A stretch of DNA of 44,971 nt. Origin: an uncultured Methanosarcinales archaeon. GTDB lineage: Archaea; Nanobdellota; Nanobdellia; Woesearchaeales; CAYSVS01. How positions within the stretch are numbered: the first letter of the stretch is position 1; every line of letters begins with the position of its first letter. The notes below the pieces were generated by a model. That model did no database searches, had not been told where the DNA came from, and saw only the letters and a program-made list of their open reading frames with translations. Made by a program: the position numbers and the translations under genes. Of this stretch, positions 9,311 to 19,683 are shown piece after piece. The stretch is from contig CAYSVS010000005.1 of the NCBI GenBank assembly GCA_964434475.1, positions 1 through 44,971 on the forward strand, written 5' to 3'.

Positions 9311-12208
9311 TTAATTTAGTCCAACCAAACATTCTATCTCGCAAGTCGCTTCTTGACAGCTTTCCAAAGCTTTTCCTACTACTGCGCCGAAATCATCTAC
9401 TGTAGCTTTCTTTGCATATCCGGGATTTGAGCTTGATGTCAATAAATCATAAGCTTCAACAGGTCCGTTTACCTTTACTTTTACCAATCCAGTTATGCCG
9501 ATAGGATAATTACCATTGCCTAAATTACCTATTATAGTAGGATTAACAGAAACTATTCCAACAACTGATTTATCACTATCCTTATCGCATCTGCCAATCT
9601 CTTCTCCTTTATGGCAAACAACATCTCCTGCTTCCAATTCTTGACTAGAGAACATCCACTCAGCAAAATCCGCACCATAACTTGTTATGTTTCCGCCGAT
9701 ATAGAGATTTTCGGTGATATTTACAGTACCATTGACATGCAATCTAGAAGTTGGTGAAGTTGTACCAATTCCTAGTTCTCCAAACTTGATCCAAGAATCA
9801 CCGCCATCTGTCCTTAAGTTAGTTGCTATCTCTGTTCCTTCGTATAATCTTAATCTTGCGCCATCTGTCTGTCTATGAAGCATAGCCAAAGTATTTCCAG
9901 CACCATTTGTCAATGTAATACCTTGATCAGACGCAGTCGCATTTATATCAAGGTTGTTTGAAGGGCTTGTTGTACCTATGCCAACTTTACCATCAATAGT
10001 AGCACCTGCACCTTGAGTTAAACTAAGATTATTGCCATAAATAATAATGTCATTCTTATCTAATCTTAATGATTCATCCCAAGTTACAGGATTATCAGCA
10101 ACATCACTAACTGCGTGACTAAAACGTATAGTACCATCATTTTCCAAACGTACATAAGAAGCTTGATCCTCTGCTATATATTCCCATCTGCCATCAACAG
10201 GATCATAATATGCATTATACGTTATTGAACCTGGAGTTTCCCACTGTAATTGACCTGCATTTACTCTTATTGATCCATTAACATGCAGTCTTTCTGCAGG
10301 CGTTCTTGTGCCTATGCCAACATTACCGCCTTTCAAAGTCATAACAGTTGAATCTGCAATTGTCTTTCCTGATTTTTTTACATTGAGATACATCACGCCC
10401 TCTTCATAACCATCTGTAGAGTTTACAAGATCAACATAAATATCACTATAAACTTCTTCATTAGTATTATTGTCCAAAGCTATAAAACCAATCCTTCCTG
10501 CTTCATTTCCTACAGTGGTAGAAGAAGTATTTGCCTTAAGATATAATATACCTCTTTTGCCTACTCCGTGTGCACCGATATGCACAACGCTATTTGCACC
10601 ATTCCTATAAACGTGCAAATCAGCTGTAGGACTTGCTGTACCTATACCAATATCATCATCAATATTTGAAGGATAAACAAAAGTTCCAGTCCTTGACCAA
10701 TATCCTGAACCAGCAGGCCATGCATCCCTACAATCTCCGTTTATACATACATTTCCTGCACTATCTATCGCCAAAGCTTCATTAGCATCTTCAGCTGCAG
10801 ATGATGATGTAATAAAACTAATCTTTCCAGGAACAGCTACACCAGAACTACCGTTTTGTGTAACAACAATCTTAGCAGCACGTTTCAACACATCGTTTGA
10901 ACTTATACCCTCAAACTGTATTGTTCCTATTGTTTCAGTATCAACTGTTTCAGTCAATCCTCCTGAAGTATCATTATGACTTTTTGATAACCTTAATATT
11001 GAGTTATGTCCATCTGTATCTGAATAAGTTCTTATCGCTTGTTCTGTTGATGATGCAGTTCCAACAACCTCTAGCTTATAGTTAGGAAATGTTGTACCTA
11101 TACCTATTTTGCTTGCAACAAGACTATAAGGAGCTTGCACTACCCCTGTATCTCCATGTATTATTAGACCATCGTACATCATTCCATCAGTTAAACGAAC
11201 ACGTAAAGCAAGACTCACATTATGATCTCTGTCCTTATCTCCTGCAACGATATATGCCTTATTATCTACATCTGAATATCTTCCAACATACAAGAAACTT
11301 GACTGGTTATCTATTTGCGAAATAGTACCGTTTACATGTAATGGAGCATTAGGCGTTGTTGTGCCTATGCCGACATTACCTGCTCCATCTATCCTCATCT
11401 GTTCGGTATTACCAGTTCCAAAGATCAAAGGCGCTGCGCTTATAGTTCCAATCTTAAGATTTTTTATTGCATTTCCTGCTCTCAGATAAGCAGTCATGTT
11501 AGTAGGATCATTCATAAAGTTATTCGTACTTTCGTTGCTGAACAAAGACATCTCCAGATATCTTCCTACATTGTTAAATAATATTAATGAAGATCTAGTT
11601 GATTTATTCATTGTCTCAATCTTAGCATAAATATTTTCATCTGATTGTATATGTAATTTTTGATTAGGCGTTGTTGTCCCAATACCAACATTACCATCCT
11701 TATCTGCAAACAAAGCATCGTGTTGAGTACCATCATCATCTGTAGTTATCATCTTGATACCTTTGCCCCACCCATAAGATCCCAGAGTAAGATTTCTACC
11801 GTATGCAACAAGCGCAACTTGGTTACCTCTCATCTGTATCTGCTGGGAAATATTAGTTTGACTGATAGCCCTGATTGTGCCGTTAACATCAAGCTGATAG
11901 CCAAGATTATTCATACCTATTCCAACCCTATAACTTAAATCTGAAGGTGATAAATTAATTCCATCAAGATTCCAATATCCTCCACCACCTGCAGGCCAGC
12001 TTGTCTGGCAATCTCCGTTCAAGCACAACTGAGGGGTATGAGTGATGCTTGTTACGTTCAGCTCGCCAGTTATCTTATAATTGCCGCTTCCAAAGCTTCC
12101 AGCTACTATCTCATCAGCGTCGTGATATACAACACCGCCGCCAAAAGCGATTGCAGAACACGCAAATAATATTGTTAAGATTATATACATTACACTCTTT
12201 TTTGTCAT
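9311..12208 (-). CDS. Large secreted fibre protein with GNVGIGTTxP repeats and a C-terminal intramolecular-chaperone/autoproteolysis (peptidase G2/S74-like) domain (fibre protein 1)
   Basis: Signal peptide; about eight GIG boxes; two C.NGDC...WPAG.G motifs; C-terminus GADFAEW..LEAGDVV..VVGIVS.NP..GLVKVKV..DLLTSS..PGYA..VVGKALE; AGGGGG SD before ATG 12208. Confidence 0.8.
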   Translation of the reverse strand: MTKKSVMYIILTILFACSAIAFGGGVVYHDADEIVAGSFGSGNYKITGELNVTSITHTPQLCLNGDCQTSWPAGGGGYWNLDGINLSPSDLSYRVGIGMNNLGYQLDVNGTIRAISQTNISQQIQMRGNQVALVAYGRNLTLGSYGWGKGIKMITTDDDGTQHDALFADKDGNVGIGTTTPNQKLHIQSDENIYAKIETMNKSTRSSLILFNNVGRYLEMSLFSNESTNNFMNDPTNMTAYLRAGNAIKNLKIGTISAAPLIFGTGNTEQMRIDGAGNVGIGTTTPNAPLHVNGTISQIDNQSSFLYVGRYSDVDNKAYIVAGDKDRDHNVSLALRVRLTDGMMYDGLIIHGDTGVVQAPYSLVASKIGIGTTFPNYKLEVVGTASSTEQAIRTYSDTDGHNSILRLSKSHNDTSGGLTETVDTETIGTIQFEGISSNDVLKRAAKIVVTQNGSSGVAVPGKISFITSSSAAEDANEALAIDSAGNVCINGDCRDAWPAGSGYWSRTGTFVYPSNIDDDIGIGTASPTADLHVYRNGANSVVHIGAHGVGKRGILYLKANTSSTTVGNEAGRIGFIALDNNTNEEVYSDIYVDLVNSTDGYEEGVMYLNVKKSGKTIADSTVMTLKGGNVGIGTRTPAERLHVNGSIRVNAGQLQWETPGSITYNAYYDPVDGRWEYIAEDQASYVRLENDGTIRFSHAVSDVADNPVTWDESLRLDKNDIIIYGNNLSLTQGAGATIDGKVGIGTTSPSNNLDINATASDQGITLTNGAGNTLAMLHRQTDGARLRLYEGTEIATNLRTDGGDSWIKFGELGIGTTSPTSRLHVNGTVNITENLYIGGNITSYGADFAEWMFSSQELEAGDVVCHKGEEIGRCDKDSDKSVVGIVSVNPTIIGNLGNGNYPIGITGLVKVKVNGPVEAYDLLTSSSNPGYAKKATVDDFGAVVGKALESCQEATCEIECLVGLN

Positions 12209-12283
12209 TAATATCCCCCTCTTTAAGTATAAAATTAGAGAATTAATCATTATTTAATATATAAAGGTTTTTATTTTATATAC

Positions 12284-13492
12284 TTAAATATCCCACTTCC
12301 AAACAGGAATTATATGTATTAACTTTCCATCTATGTTTAACTCATCTTCCTGATCAAAAGTTAATATGCATCCTTCTTTAAGATTGAATTCAGCCATCGC
12401 CTCAAGTAACCCAAAAACTTCCCTGTCCTGATTACCATCATCAAGCTTATAACATACCTGAATGGCCTTAATTATCTTATTTTTCTCCTTTACAACAAAA
12501 TCGCATTCTTTGTTTTCTTTAAAATAAAAGATTTCTTTATATCTTGGTCTTAAACTCAGAAAAACCTGATTTTCAAGCATTTTTCCCTTATCTTTTGAAA
12601 ATGAAACACTGTTTGAATATGAAAAACCATTATCGATCGAATAAACTTTTTTAGGGTTTACCTGCTGCTTTTTATAGGAATAACTAAATCTAGGAATCGT
12701 AAAAATAAGGTAAGCGTCTTCAAAATAAGAGATATAATCAATTACGCTTTGAACTGACTTTATCTCAAACATATTCCTTAAGGAATTATAAGAAAATTCT
12801 TTTCCTACATGGCTTATCAAGTATATTGCTATTTTTTTCAGCAAAGAAGTGTTTTTTATTCCGTATCTTACAGCAATATCCCTCATCACAACATCATTCA
12901 AAAGTTCATTGAGGATTGTAAAATTCCGAGTCTTTAGATATTCAGGAAATCCTCCTTCAGTCAGATAATGGCCATAAGATTTAGAAGACTGTTTTCCTTT
13001 TCTAAACTTAAGATATTCAATATATGAAAAAGGAAATAATTCTGCCCTTATATGTCTGCCTGTCAATTTAGTCCCTAATTCCCTGCTTAGTAAAGATGCA
13101 TTTGAACCGGTTATCACTACCTTTTCCTTTCTGTCAACAAGATATCGGATAAATTTCTCCCATTTGTCTATGTTTTGGATTTCATCAAAAAAATATACGC
13201 CATTAGCGCCATATAACTCTTTAAAAATAACATCAGTCTTATTAAAATCATCTAACCCAAAACTTTCAAGCCTTGGATCCTCAAGATTAAGATAATAGAA
13301 GTTTTTTGATTTTTTCAGAATCTGGCTTAATAAAGTGCTTTTACCACATCTTCTTATACCTGCTATTACCAAAACAAAAGAAGGCATGACATTTACTTCT
13401 CCTAGCAAATGTCTCTCTACACCTTTCTCAATATCAAGAATCCATTTTCTCTGGGATTCGATAACTTCTCTTAAGACTTCTTTTCGCAACAT
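12284..13492 (-). CDS. AAA+ ATPase of the AAA_14/DUF4143 (COG1373) family
   Basis: Walker A GIRRCGKS, Walker B FFDEIQ, TGSNA, GGFPE, KVYSIDNG; C-terminal ECDF...AIQV nuclease-like motif. Confidence 0.9.
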   Translation of the reverse strand: MLRKEVLREVIESQRKWILDIEKGVERHLLGEVNVMPSFVLVIAGIRRCGKSTLLSQILKKSKNFYYLNLEDPRLESFGLDDFNKTDVIFKELYGANGVYFFDEIQNIDKWEKFIRYLVDRKEKVVITGSNASLLSRELGTKLTGRHIRAELFPFSYIEYLKFRKGKQSSKSYGHYLTEGGFPEYLKTRNFTILNELLNDVVMRDIAVRYGIKNTSLLKKIAIYLISHVGKEFSYNSLRNMFEIKSVQSVIDYISYFEDAYLIFTIPRFSYSYKKQQVNPKKVYSIDNGFSYSNSVSFSKDKGKMLENQVFLSLRPRYKEIFYFKENKECDFVVKEKNKIIKAIQVCYKLDDGNQDREVFGLLEAMAEFNLKEGCILTFDQEDELNIDGKLIHIIPVWKWDI

Positions 13493-13566
13493 AAACAAAA
13501 ATATATCCTTAAAGTATATAAATCTTTCTATTCACAATAGAAACTTCTTTCTATTACTAATAAAAA

Positions 13567-13755
13567 CTATATCAACCCTATCTTTCTCAAATATTTCCTT
13601 GCTTCAACCTTAAAGTCTTTTCCCTTAAACATATTTCTAAACAATGAAGAACTCGCTTTCATCTGTGATTCTATAATCATCTTCTGCTGGGCAAAGTATT
13701 TTGGATTCTCTTTGATCTTATCTGCATAAAAGCGTATATAATCAAGATTATCCAT
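13567..13755 (-). CDS. Small hypothetical protein, possible partner of the upstream nucleotidyltransferase
   Basis: 62 aa; start overlaps the 3' end of the upstream gene. Confidence 0.65.
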   Translation of the reverse strand: MDNLDYIRFYADKIKENPKYFAQQKMIIESQMKASSSLFRNMFKGKDFKVEARKYLRKIGLI

Positions 13756-14347
13756 TGTAATCCCTCATCATCTTTTCATATTCCTGAAGCTTTGTCTTTT
13801 CGATAATCTCTGCAAAAAATTGCCTTAAGTATTGGGCATCTGCAATATCCTTATCACTTCCCAAAATAATTTCCTTATACATAATCTCAAATTCTATAGG
13901 AGGAATCAGAAATTCAAAATCCTTAATCCTAACTTTTTGCGAATGCATAAATTCATAGAACTTAAGTTTTCGTGTTTCATTTATTGGAATCATTTCCATA
14001 TTTGGAAACATCTCATCCTTTCTCGCAAAGCGAATATTTTGCATCTCCTTGATATATTCGTAAAGTTCATCAGGATTATCGCCTTGATAACACCAAAAAT
14101 CATTGTTTAATTCACTAAAAAGTTGTTTAAAATTATCCTTTTCCATTATAGGAACAAGTACATCTACATCTTCTGTTGCTCTGGTTCTTCCAGCACAGAT
14201 AGTAACAAATCCGCTGACAATCATATAGGATGTATGATTTTTAAGAATATTCAAGAAATCCTTAACAAACAAATCTAATTCTGTCAATTCCCTATGGATA
14301 ATGATTTCATCATCTTTGATAGAATATGCTTTGTTTTCTTGACTCAT
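13748..14347 (-). CDS. Pol-beta superfamily nucleotidyltransferase-like protein
   Basis: SGFVTICAGRTRATEDVDV (G...R.T.DxD) and C-terminal K...GSDKDIAD motif. Confidence 0.75.
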   Translation of the reverse strand: MSQENKAYSIKDDEIIIHRELTELDLFVKDFLNILKNHTSYMIVSGFVTICAGRTRATEDVDVLVPIMEKDNFKQLFSELNNDFWCYQGDNPDELYEYIKEMQNIRFARKDEMFPNMEMIPINETRKLKFYEFMHSQKVRIKDFEFLIPPIEFEIMYKEIILGSDKDIADAQYLRQFFAEIIEKTKLQEYEKMMRDYNG

Positions 14348-14421
14348 CCCTTACAATTGATACTATGTATTATAAAAGCTTTGTGGTAATGCGCAAACAA
14401 TCAAAATAAAAAAGAAAAAAT

Positions 14422-14565
14422 CTAGATAGCCATATCTTCAATAACTGTATCAACCCAATCTTCTGCCATTTTTTGGGCTTCATCTCTTGTATCTGCTAAG
14501 CCATTAGATAAAATTTCATTTGAGATGTTGCTTATCATCTCTAACCTATCTTCAAAATGTTGCAT
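14422..14565 (-). CDS. Small acidic hypothetical protein (47 aa)
   Basis: ATG at 14565 preceded by a GGGGGTG SD; T-rich tract downstream. Confidence 0.6.
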   Translation of the reverse strand: MQHFEDRLEMISNISNEILSNGLADTRDEAQKMAEDWVDTVIEDMAI

Positions 14566-14656
14566 TAAACCCACCCCCAACAAAATATAATAGTTCTTGC
14601 CTTTTATAAATCTTTTCAAATAAGTATAGTAATGTAAGAAAAAAGTATACTGGAAA

Positions 14657-15256
14657 TTATAATCTTTTTATAAGGTCATCAGAATCATCAAGTATTAACA
14701 AATTTCTTCCTTTCTTGTTCTTAGCTTTAACTTTCCTAGAAGTATTATTTGGCATATACAAAGCTTTTTTGTCAAAATCAGATCTTTTGAAATTCTTTTT
14801 TACATGCTCTATGGTTTTTGAATCATACACATCTATAATCATATCTAAGAAAACCTTCCTTGCTTCTGAGATTGGATTTTTGACAGTAGTATAAACATCA
14901 TCCTCTTTCTCCAATAGATCATAATGTTTTTTTGCCTGCTGCTCAAGCTGGTTATAAAATGCTTTTTTCATATTCTCTGTAAAAATATCAACATTCTCAT
15001 CTATTTCTTGATTCTCTAAAAAATATGTCGTAATTATATCTATATTATAATCTCCTCTTTTCAAAACCTGCATAACTGTTGCCTGAGATGCAGGAGTAAA
15101 ATGCCTTTCTATTATAGCAAACTGAACAAAATCAGGCATATAAAGATTTCTACGTTCTTTGCTGCTTAATTTCAGATCGTGTTTTAATATCTGATAAGCC
15201 ATAATAAGATCAGTTCTTTTTCTATATTTGTGTTCAGCCTTGATTATTTTAGACAT
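14657..15256 (-). CDS. Hypothetical protein
   Basis: 199-aa ATG ORF with a TATA-like box about 25 nt upstream. Confidence 0.7.
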   Translation of the reverse strand: MSKIIKAEHKYRKRTDLIMAYQILKHDLKLSSKERRNLYMPDFVQFAIIERHFTPASQATVMQVLKRGDYNIDIITTYFLENQEIDENVDIFTENMKKAFYNQLEQQAKKHYDLLEKEDDVYTTVKNPISEARKVFLDMIIDVYDSKTIEHVKKNFKRSDFDKKALYMPNNTSRKVKAKNKKGRNLLILDDSDDLIKRL

Positions 15257-15351
15257 TAACTAAAATAAGCTCTATTGATATATAAAACTAACCCCTACAC
15301 AATGACAAAAAAACAAATAGGTTTATAAAATAACTACATTTTACCAAAACC

Positions 15352-15636
15352 ATGTTAAAACTTGGAAAACAGTTATCATACGAAATACTAACTAAGATCA
15401 AGGAAAGTGCATTGAATAAAGATAAAGATGCTCTTCTTTTCTATAATGATCAATTGCATACAGTCATTTCCTGCTACAAACATTCTATGCCAAGAAAAGA
15501 ATACAGAAGGTTTGAATTATGCGCTGAAAGTTTTATAGAAGGAACTATAAAAAAAAGACTTTACTACAAAAGGTTCATGAAAGACGGCAACAAGAGATAT
15601 GATGAATTAACAGATTATTTTTTATCTAAAAAATAA
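15352..15636 (+). CDS. Hypothetical protein
   Basis: 94-aa ATG ORF; tttataaa box about 25 nt upstream. Confidence 0.65.
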   Translation: MLKLGKQLSYEILTKIKESALNKDKDALLFYNDQLHTVISCYKHSMPRKEYRRFELCAESFIEGTIKKRLYYKRFMKDGNKRYDELTDYFLSKK

Positions 15637-15677
15637 CAATGGCTTAGTTTTAAAAATAATCATTGTTTGTAAAAAAT

Positions 15678-16115
15678 ATGAAAAACAATCTAGCAGAAAA
15701 AATAAAAATGTATAGGTTTCCATATAACAAAACTTTGTTCTTTGAAAAAGTTGCTCTGGAAGCAGGATTTTATTCAAAAAAAGAATTATCATATTACCCA
15801 GAATATACTGAAAGTGCGATAGAGATAATGAGCAAAGCTGAGAAAGAGATTATAGATATCACAAAAATTCTTAGAAAATACAACATAAGTGAAAAATACA
15901 AATCAAACAAAACACTGGAAGAGATGACTGATCTTAAAGTAGATGCTATAGACAGCAAATTATACGAAAGTTATAACAAAATATTCAACTATGCAACAGA
16001 CTATAACACTAATATCAAGGAATATCCAGAATATTCTAAAATAATATTATACATCGCAGAGATATTCCACGAATTAATTAATAATAAAGATATCGAACTG
16101 CCTGATTCTAATTAA
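15678..16115 (+). CDS. Hypothetical protein
   Basis: ORF 15663-16115 with likely ATG at 15678. Confidence 0.65.
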   Translation: MKNNLAEKIKMYRFPYNKTLFFEKVALEAGFYSKKELSYYPEYTESAIEIMSKAEKEIIDITKILRKYNISEKYKSNKTLEEMTDLKVDAIDSKLYESYNKIFNYATDYNTNIKEYPEYSKIILYIAEIFHELINNKDIELPDSN

Positions 16116-16123
16116 AACAAATT

Positions 16124-17050
16124 TCAGGATTTTCTAAATTTAGCAACAAAAAAACCCTCTGAATTATTATCATATGGCCAGATGCGCAACACTTTTTCCT
16201 TTATTTCAGGATTATCTGTTATCGGCTCAGACTTATCTATACCCAGGTCAATCTTCTCAAGCTTCATCTCAGGAAAATTATCCAATACATATTGAACATT
16301 CTCCTCATTCTCTTCTGGTTCACATGAACATGTTGAAAAGACCAATATACCGCCAAATTTCAAAACATTGATAGCTGTCCTCAACAACTGCTTCTGTGTT
16401 CTTGCCAATCTTGCAACTCCTCCAGGAGACCATTCTTTCAGAATTCGAAAACTCTTGTTTATAGTGCCAGTCCCAGAACAAGGAGCATCCACCAAAATCC
16501 TATCAAATTCCAATCCCTTAAATCTCTGTCCCTGCATCAACGTTGTTATCGTATTTGTTACTCCGCATCTGTTCAGATTTATACCTAAAGGAGCTAACCT
16601 TATTCCCTTATAGTCATTCGCAACAAGCAATCCTTTATTCTCCATATACTGCGCAATCTGTGTTGTCTTGCTTCCTGGTGCTGCACACATATCTAAAACT
16701 ATCTCATCAGGCTTAGGATCCAAGACAACAGGAGGAATCATTGAACTAGCTTCCTGAATATAGATATAGCCCAGAACATGCTCAAACAGATTGCCAACAT
16801 CTCTTCTTCCATCTTTATGCTCTATCCAGAATCCCTCTTTACACCAAGGTATTTGGGTTAAGGTCCAATCATCAGACAATCTTTTACAGAAATCATTAAC
16901 ATTCATTTTCAGAGTATTAACACGCAAACATTTAACAGGCATCTTCTTTGAACTAGCTATAAAATCATCATACCTAGGACAAATTTCGTTATAACGCTCA
17001 ATAAACTTTAACTTTATCAACTTATCAAATTCTTTTTCTTTTTTCATCAT
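16124..17050 (-). CDS. RsmB/NOP2/NSUN-family RNA m5C methyltransferase
   Basis: QEASSMIP, DMCAAPGSKT, DAPCSGTG and STCS..PEENE motifs. Confidence 0.95.
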   Translation of the reverse strand: MMKKEKEFDKLIKLKFIERYNEICPRYDDFIASSKKMPVKCLRVNTLKMNVNDFCKRLSDDWTLTQIPWCKEGFWIEHKDGRRDVGNLFEHVLGYIYIQEASSMIPPVVLDPKPDEIVLDMCAAPGSKTTQIAQYMENKGLLVANDYKGIRLAPLGINLNRCGVTNTITTLMQGQRFKGLEFDRILVDAPCSGTGTINKSFRILKEWSPGGVARLARTQKQLLRTAINVLKFGGILVFSTCSCEPEENEENVQYVLDNFPEMKLEKIDLGIDKSEPITDNPEIKEKVLRIWPYDNNSEGFFVAKFRKS

Positions 17051-17122
17051 TAAAAAATATTAAAGCATCATTAATAAATGTTTAGATTAATTTTATAAAG
17101 ACGCCTATATTTGCACCAGGTT

Positions 17123-19630
17123 ATGGGATTGGTTGAAGACGTAAAATCATATCTAAAATTAAGCTTTAAGCATGAGCTAAAACAAGCTCTAGCTGATGCA
17201 AAAGATGAAGAAGATAAAATAAAGATAAGATTAAAGCATGAAACAAAACTAGAAGAAACAATAAACAACCATAAAGGAAGCTTGACCATACTAAGAAAGA
17301 TAGTCGAATATACTGGAATAAACGACCTAGTAAAAGCAGTAGCAAGCCTTGAGTTAAGAAACGTAAGCCCATACGGAGAGAAATTCGTCGATTCTAAAGC
17401 TGGCGGCAAGATAACAAAAGGGGAAGTGTTTAATTTTGTATATAAGAACAAGGAACAGGTATTTCCTTTAGGCATAGATGCAAGCATAAATCTTATGCAA
17501 AGCTTTGGTACAGAAAAACAAAAAGAATCCGTAGATAAAGAACATAAAAAAATAATAGAAAAAAAGAACAAAGATTATACACAGATAAGCATAGACGAAA
17601 AGATATCTGAAGTTATGGATAATGAAAAGATTACAAAGGTCAAATACATCACAAAAAAAGACAAAAAAGCTGTAAAAAAACTACTGAAAGCAAATATAGA
17701 ACTTGAAAAATACAAAGACATCATAAGGATACTTCTTGATTCAAACGATGCATACAACAGGATAGACCAAAGCAACCTTATCTCATCAAACGAATTTTCC
17801 GGACAATTGTTCGGTTGGTACAAACACAAGTTAAAAGATGAAGTTGAGCCATTGCCAGACAGCATAGAAAATATATTCAATCTTTTAAACAATAAAAAGA
17901 CATACATTCCTGCTGATGAAAGAAAACATCTTATCTCAATACTTACAACGTATGAAGCGTTGAACAGAAAAGCGGACGCAGAAGCAGTGATAGGGAGTTT
18001 TATAGACGACATTGAATTCCTAAGAACAGAAGACACATTAAGCCTAGAACAAAAGTTAGCCTTAGGATCAGGCGTACCAGATAGAAAAGACAGGATAACA
18101 TTGCTTGACGCAGCAAAGATACTAAGCAGAAAGAATATAATAGACTACAGGGAAAAGTACAATAAAGAACATCTAGATTATAATAAAAATGAACTCAATG
18201 AAACAATAGACAGACTAAGCAAATATTTTATGAAAAATGGACAATGGATAGGCAAAGCCTACAAAAACGTACCAAACAAGGTAAAAAAGACAATATATTT
18301 CTCAACATTGACGCTAAAGGATTTCAGAAAAATAAAAAATATGCTTGTATTGCAAACTTTGACACATAATGAACAAGGACTATCTAGAGCATTAGACATA
18401 AAGAGATTCAGAAAAACAATAGAAGATATAGTTACAATAGGAAGAAAGATAGACTATATGGATAATTACATCAAAGAGAACAATATAGAAATAGACAATG
18501 AGGATAATGCAAAAGAAACTGCAAAAAAGATAAAAGAAAATATGACAAGAGGAGACGCATACATAAACACAGATGAATTTAAAAGAAAATACGGCATAAG
18601 CACGATAGAATTCTGTGCAAGAATAACAAAAAGCAGCTATGCGAATGCATGGAAACAATATTATTTTGATATGAGCAGACTTCTTAGATTAGGATTGTTT
18701 AAGGTAGAAGATAATACAAAGATAAAAACAGATATGATCAAGGAATTGATAGATACAAAAAAAAAGAAAACAGAGTTAAAGAAAGCCAATACATTGTTCG
18801 ATGACAATCTTATAAATAAATACAGCAAGCCAAAATTTTTAGAGAATAACCATGAGTTCATAACCACTTCTGAAAACTATGACCTAGAAGGCTTCGTTGA
18901 GGGATACGATAAAGCATTGGAAAATACTGATGAAAAAGAAGCAAAAAAGATAATCGAAAAAGCGAACAAGATTGAAAAAAAAGCATTTTACACAAGCAGA
19001 GCATATGAAAATTCAAGCTGCGACAAGTTCAGCATAAGCCAATATCTGTTCAAAAAACCATATAAAAAAGCAGGATTCAATGAAGTTATCGACATAAAAG
19101 CTCTTGAAAATGTGATAAAGACACATAAAAACAGATATATATGCGCAAAATATCTTGTAAAAGATGACTGGCTTATCAAAACTGAACTATTATTTATGTA
19201 TGAGAATAGAAAGCAATTAAGCAGTCACCTTGACATCAATGACCATTTAAGCAAAACATATATAGAAAACATCAGAGAGAACAAAAGCAAGAGTTATATT
19301 GACAAAGAAATCATCTCTCAAGTAGATTATTATTTTTCTGCTATAGAGAATAATCTTAAGATAGAAAAAAGTGTAATAAGCAACCCAAACAAAAAGAAAC
19401 TAAGACAAAATGAATACCTAATAAATATCAAAGGTACAACATGGGAAAGAGACGGCAATAAGGATCATAAGTTCAAAAAAGCATTTGGAGAATATTTAGA
19501 TTGGGATACATATAAACAAAAATGGCATCAAACAATGCCTATAACAAAGCTAAGAATGATTTTTCTGACAAAAAGGCTGATGCAGTACAACAAAGATAAT
19601 AATGCCGATATAAGCATAACAATTCTATAA
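17123..19630 (+). CDS. Large Lys-rich hypothetical protein (~835 aa)
   Basis: 2.5-kb ORF with likely ATG at 17123; no motif recognised. Confidence 0.85.
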   Translation: MGLVEDVKSYLKLSFKHELKQALADAKDEEDKIKIRLKHETKLEETINNHKGSLTILRKIVEYTGINDLVKAVASLELRNVSPYGEKFVDSKAGGKITKGEVFNFVYKNKEQVFPLGIDASINLMQSFGTEKQKESVDKEHKKIIEKKNKDYTQISIDEKISEVMDNEKITKVKYITKKDKKAVKKLLKANIELEKYKDIIRILLDSNDAYNRIDQSNLISSNEFSGQLFGWYKHKLKDEVEPLPDSIENIFNLLNNKKTYIPADERKHLISILTTYEALNRKADAEAVIGSFIDDIEFLRTEDTLSLEQKLALGSGVPDRKDRITLLDAAKILSRKNIIDYREKYNKEHLDYNKNELNETIDRLSKYFMKNGQWIGKAYKNVPNKVKKTIYFSTLTLKDFRKIKNMLVLQTLTHNEQGLSRALDIKRFRKTIEDIVTIGRKIDYMDNYIKENNIEIDNEDNAKETAKKIKENMTRGDAYINTDEFKRKYGISTIEFCARITKSSYANAWKQYYFDMSRLLRLGLFKVEDNTKIKTDMIKELIDTKKKKTELKKANTLFDDNLINKYSKPKFLENNHEFITTSENYDLEGFVEGYDKALENTDEKEAKKIIEKANKIEKKAFYTSRAYENSSCDKFSISQYLFKKPYKKAGFNEVIDIKALENVIKTHKNRYICAKYLVKDDWLIKTELLFMYENRKQLSSHLDINDHLSKTYIENIRENKSKSYIDKEIISQVDYYFSAIENNLKIEKSVISNPNKKKLRQNEYLINIKGTTWERDGNKDHKFKKAFGEYLDWDTYKQKWHQTMPITKLRMIFLTKRLMQYNKDNNADISITIL

Positions 19631-19683
19631 TCTATAGAAAATTATTTAAAATGAATAATAAATCCATATTTAGGTGAATATAT

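Noticed and set aside
4800-12208. Prophage tail-fibre cluster
   Set aside because: The proteins have signal peptides, and no capsid, terminase, portal or integrase genes are nearby
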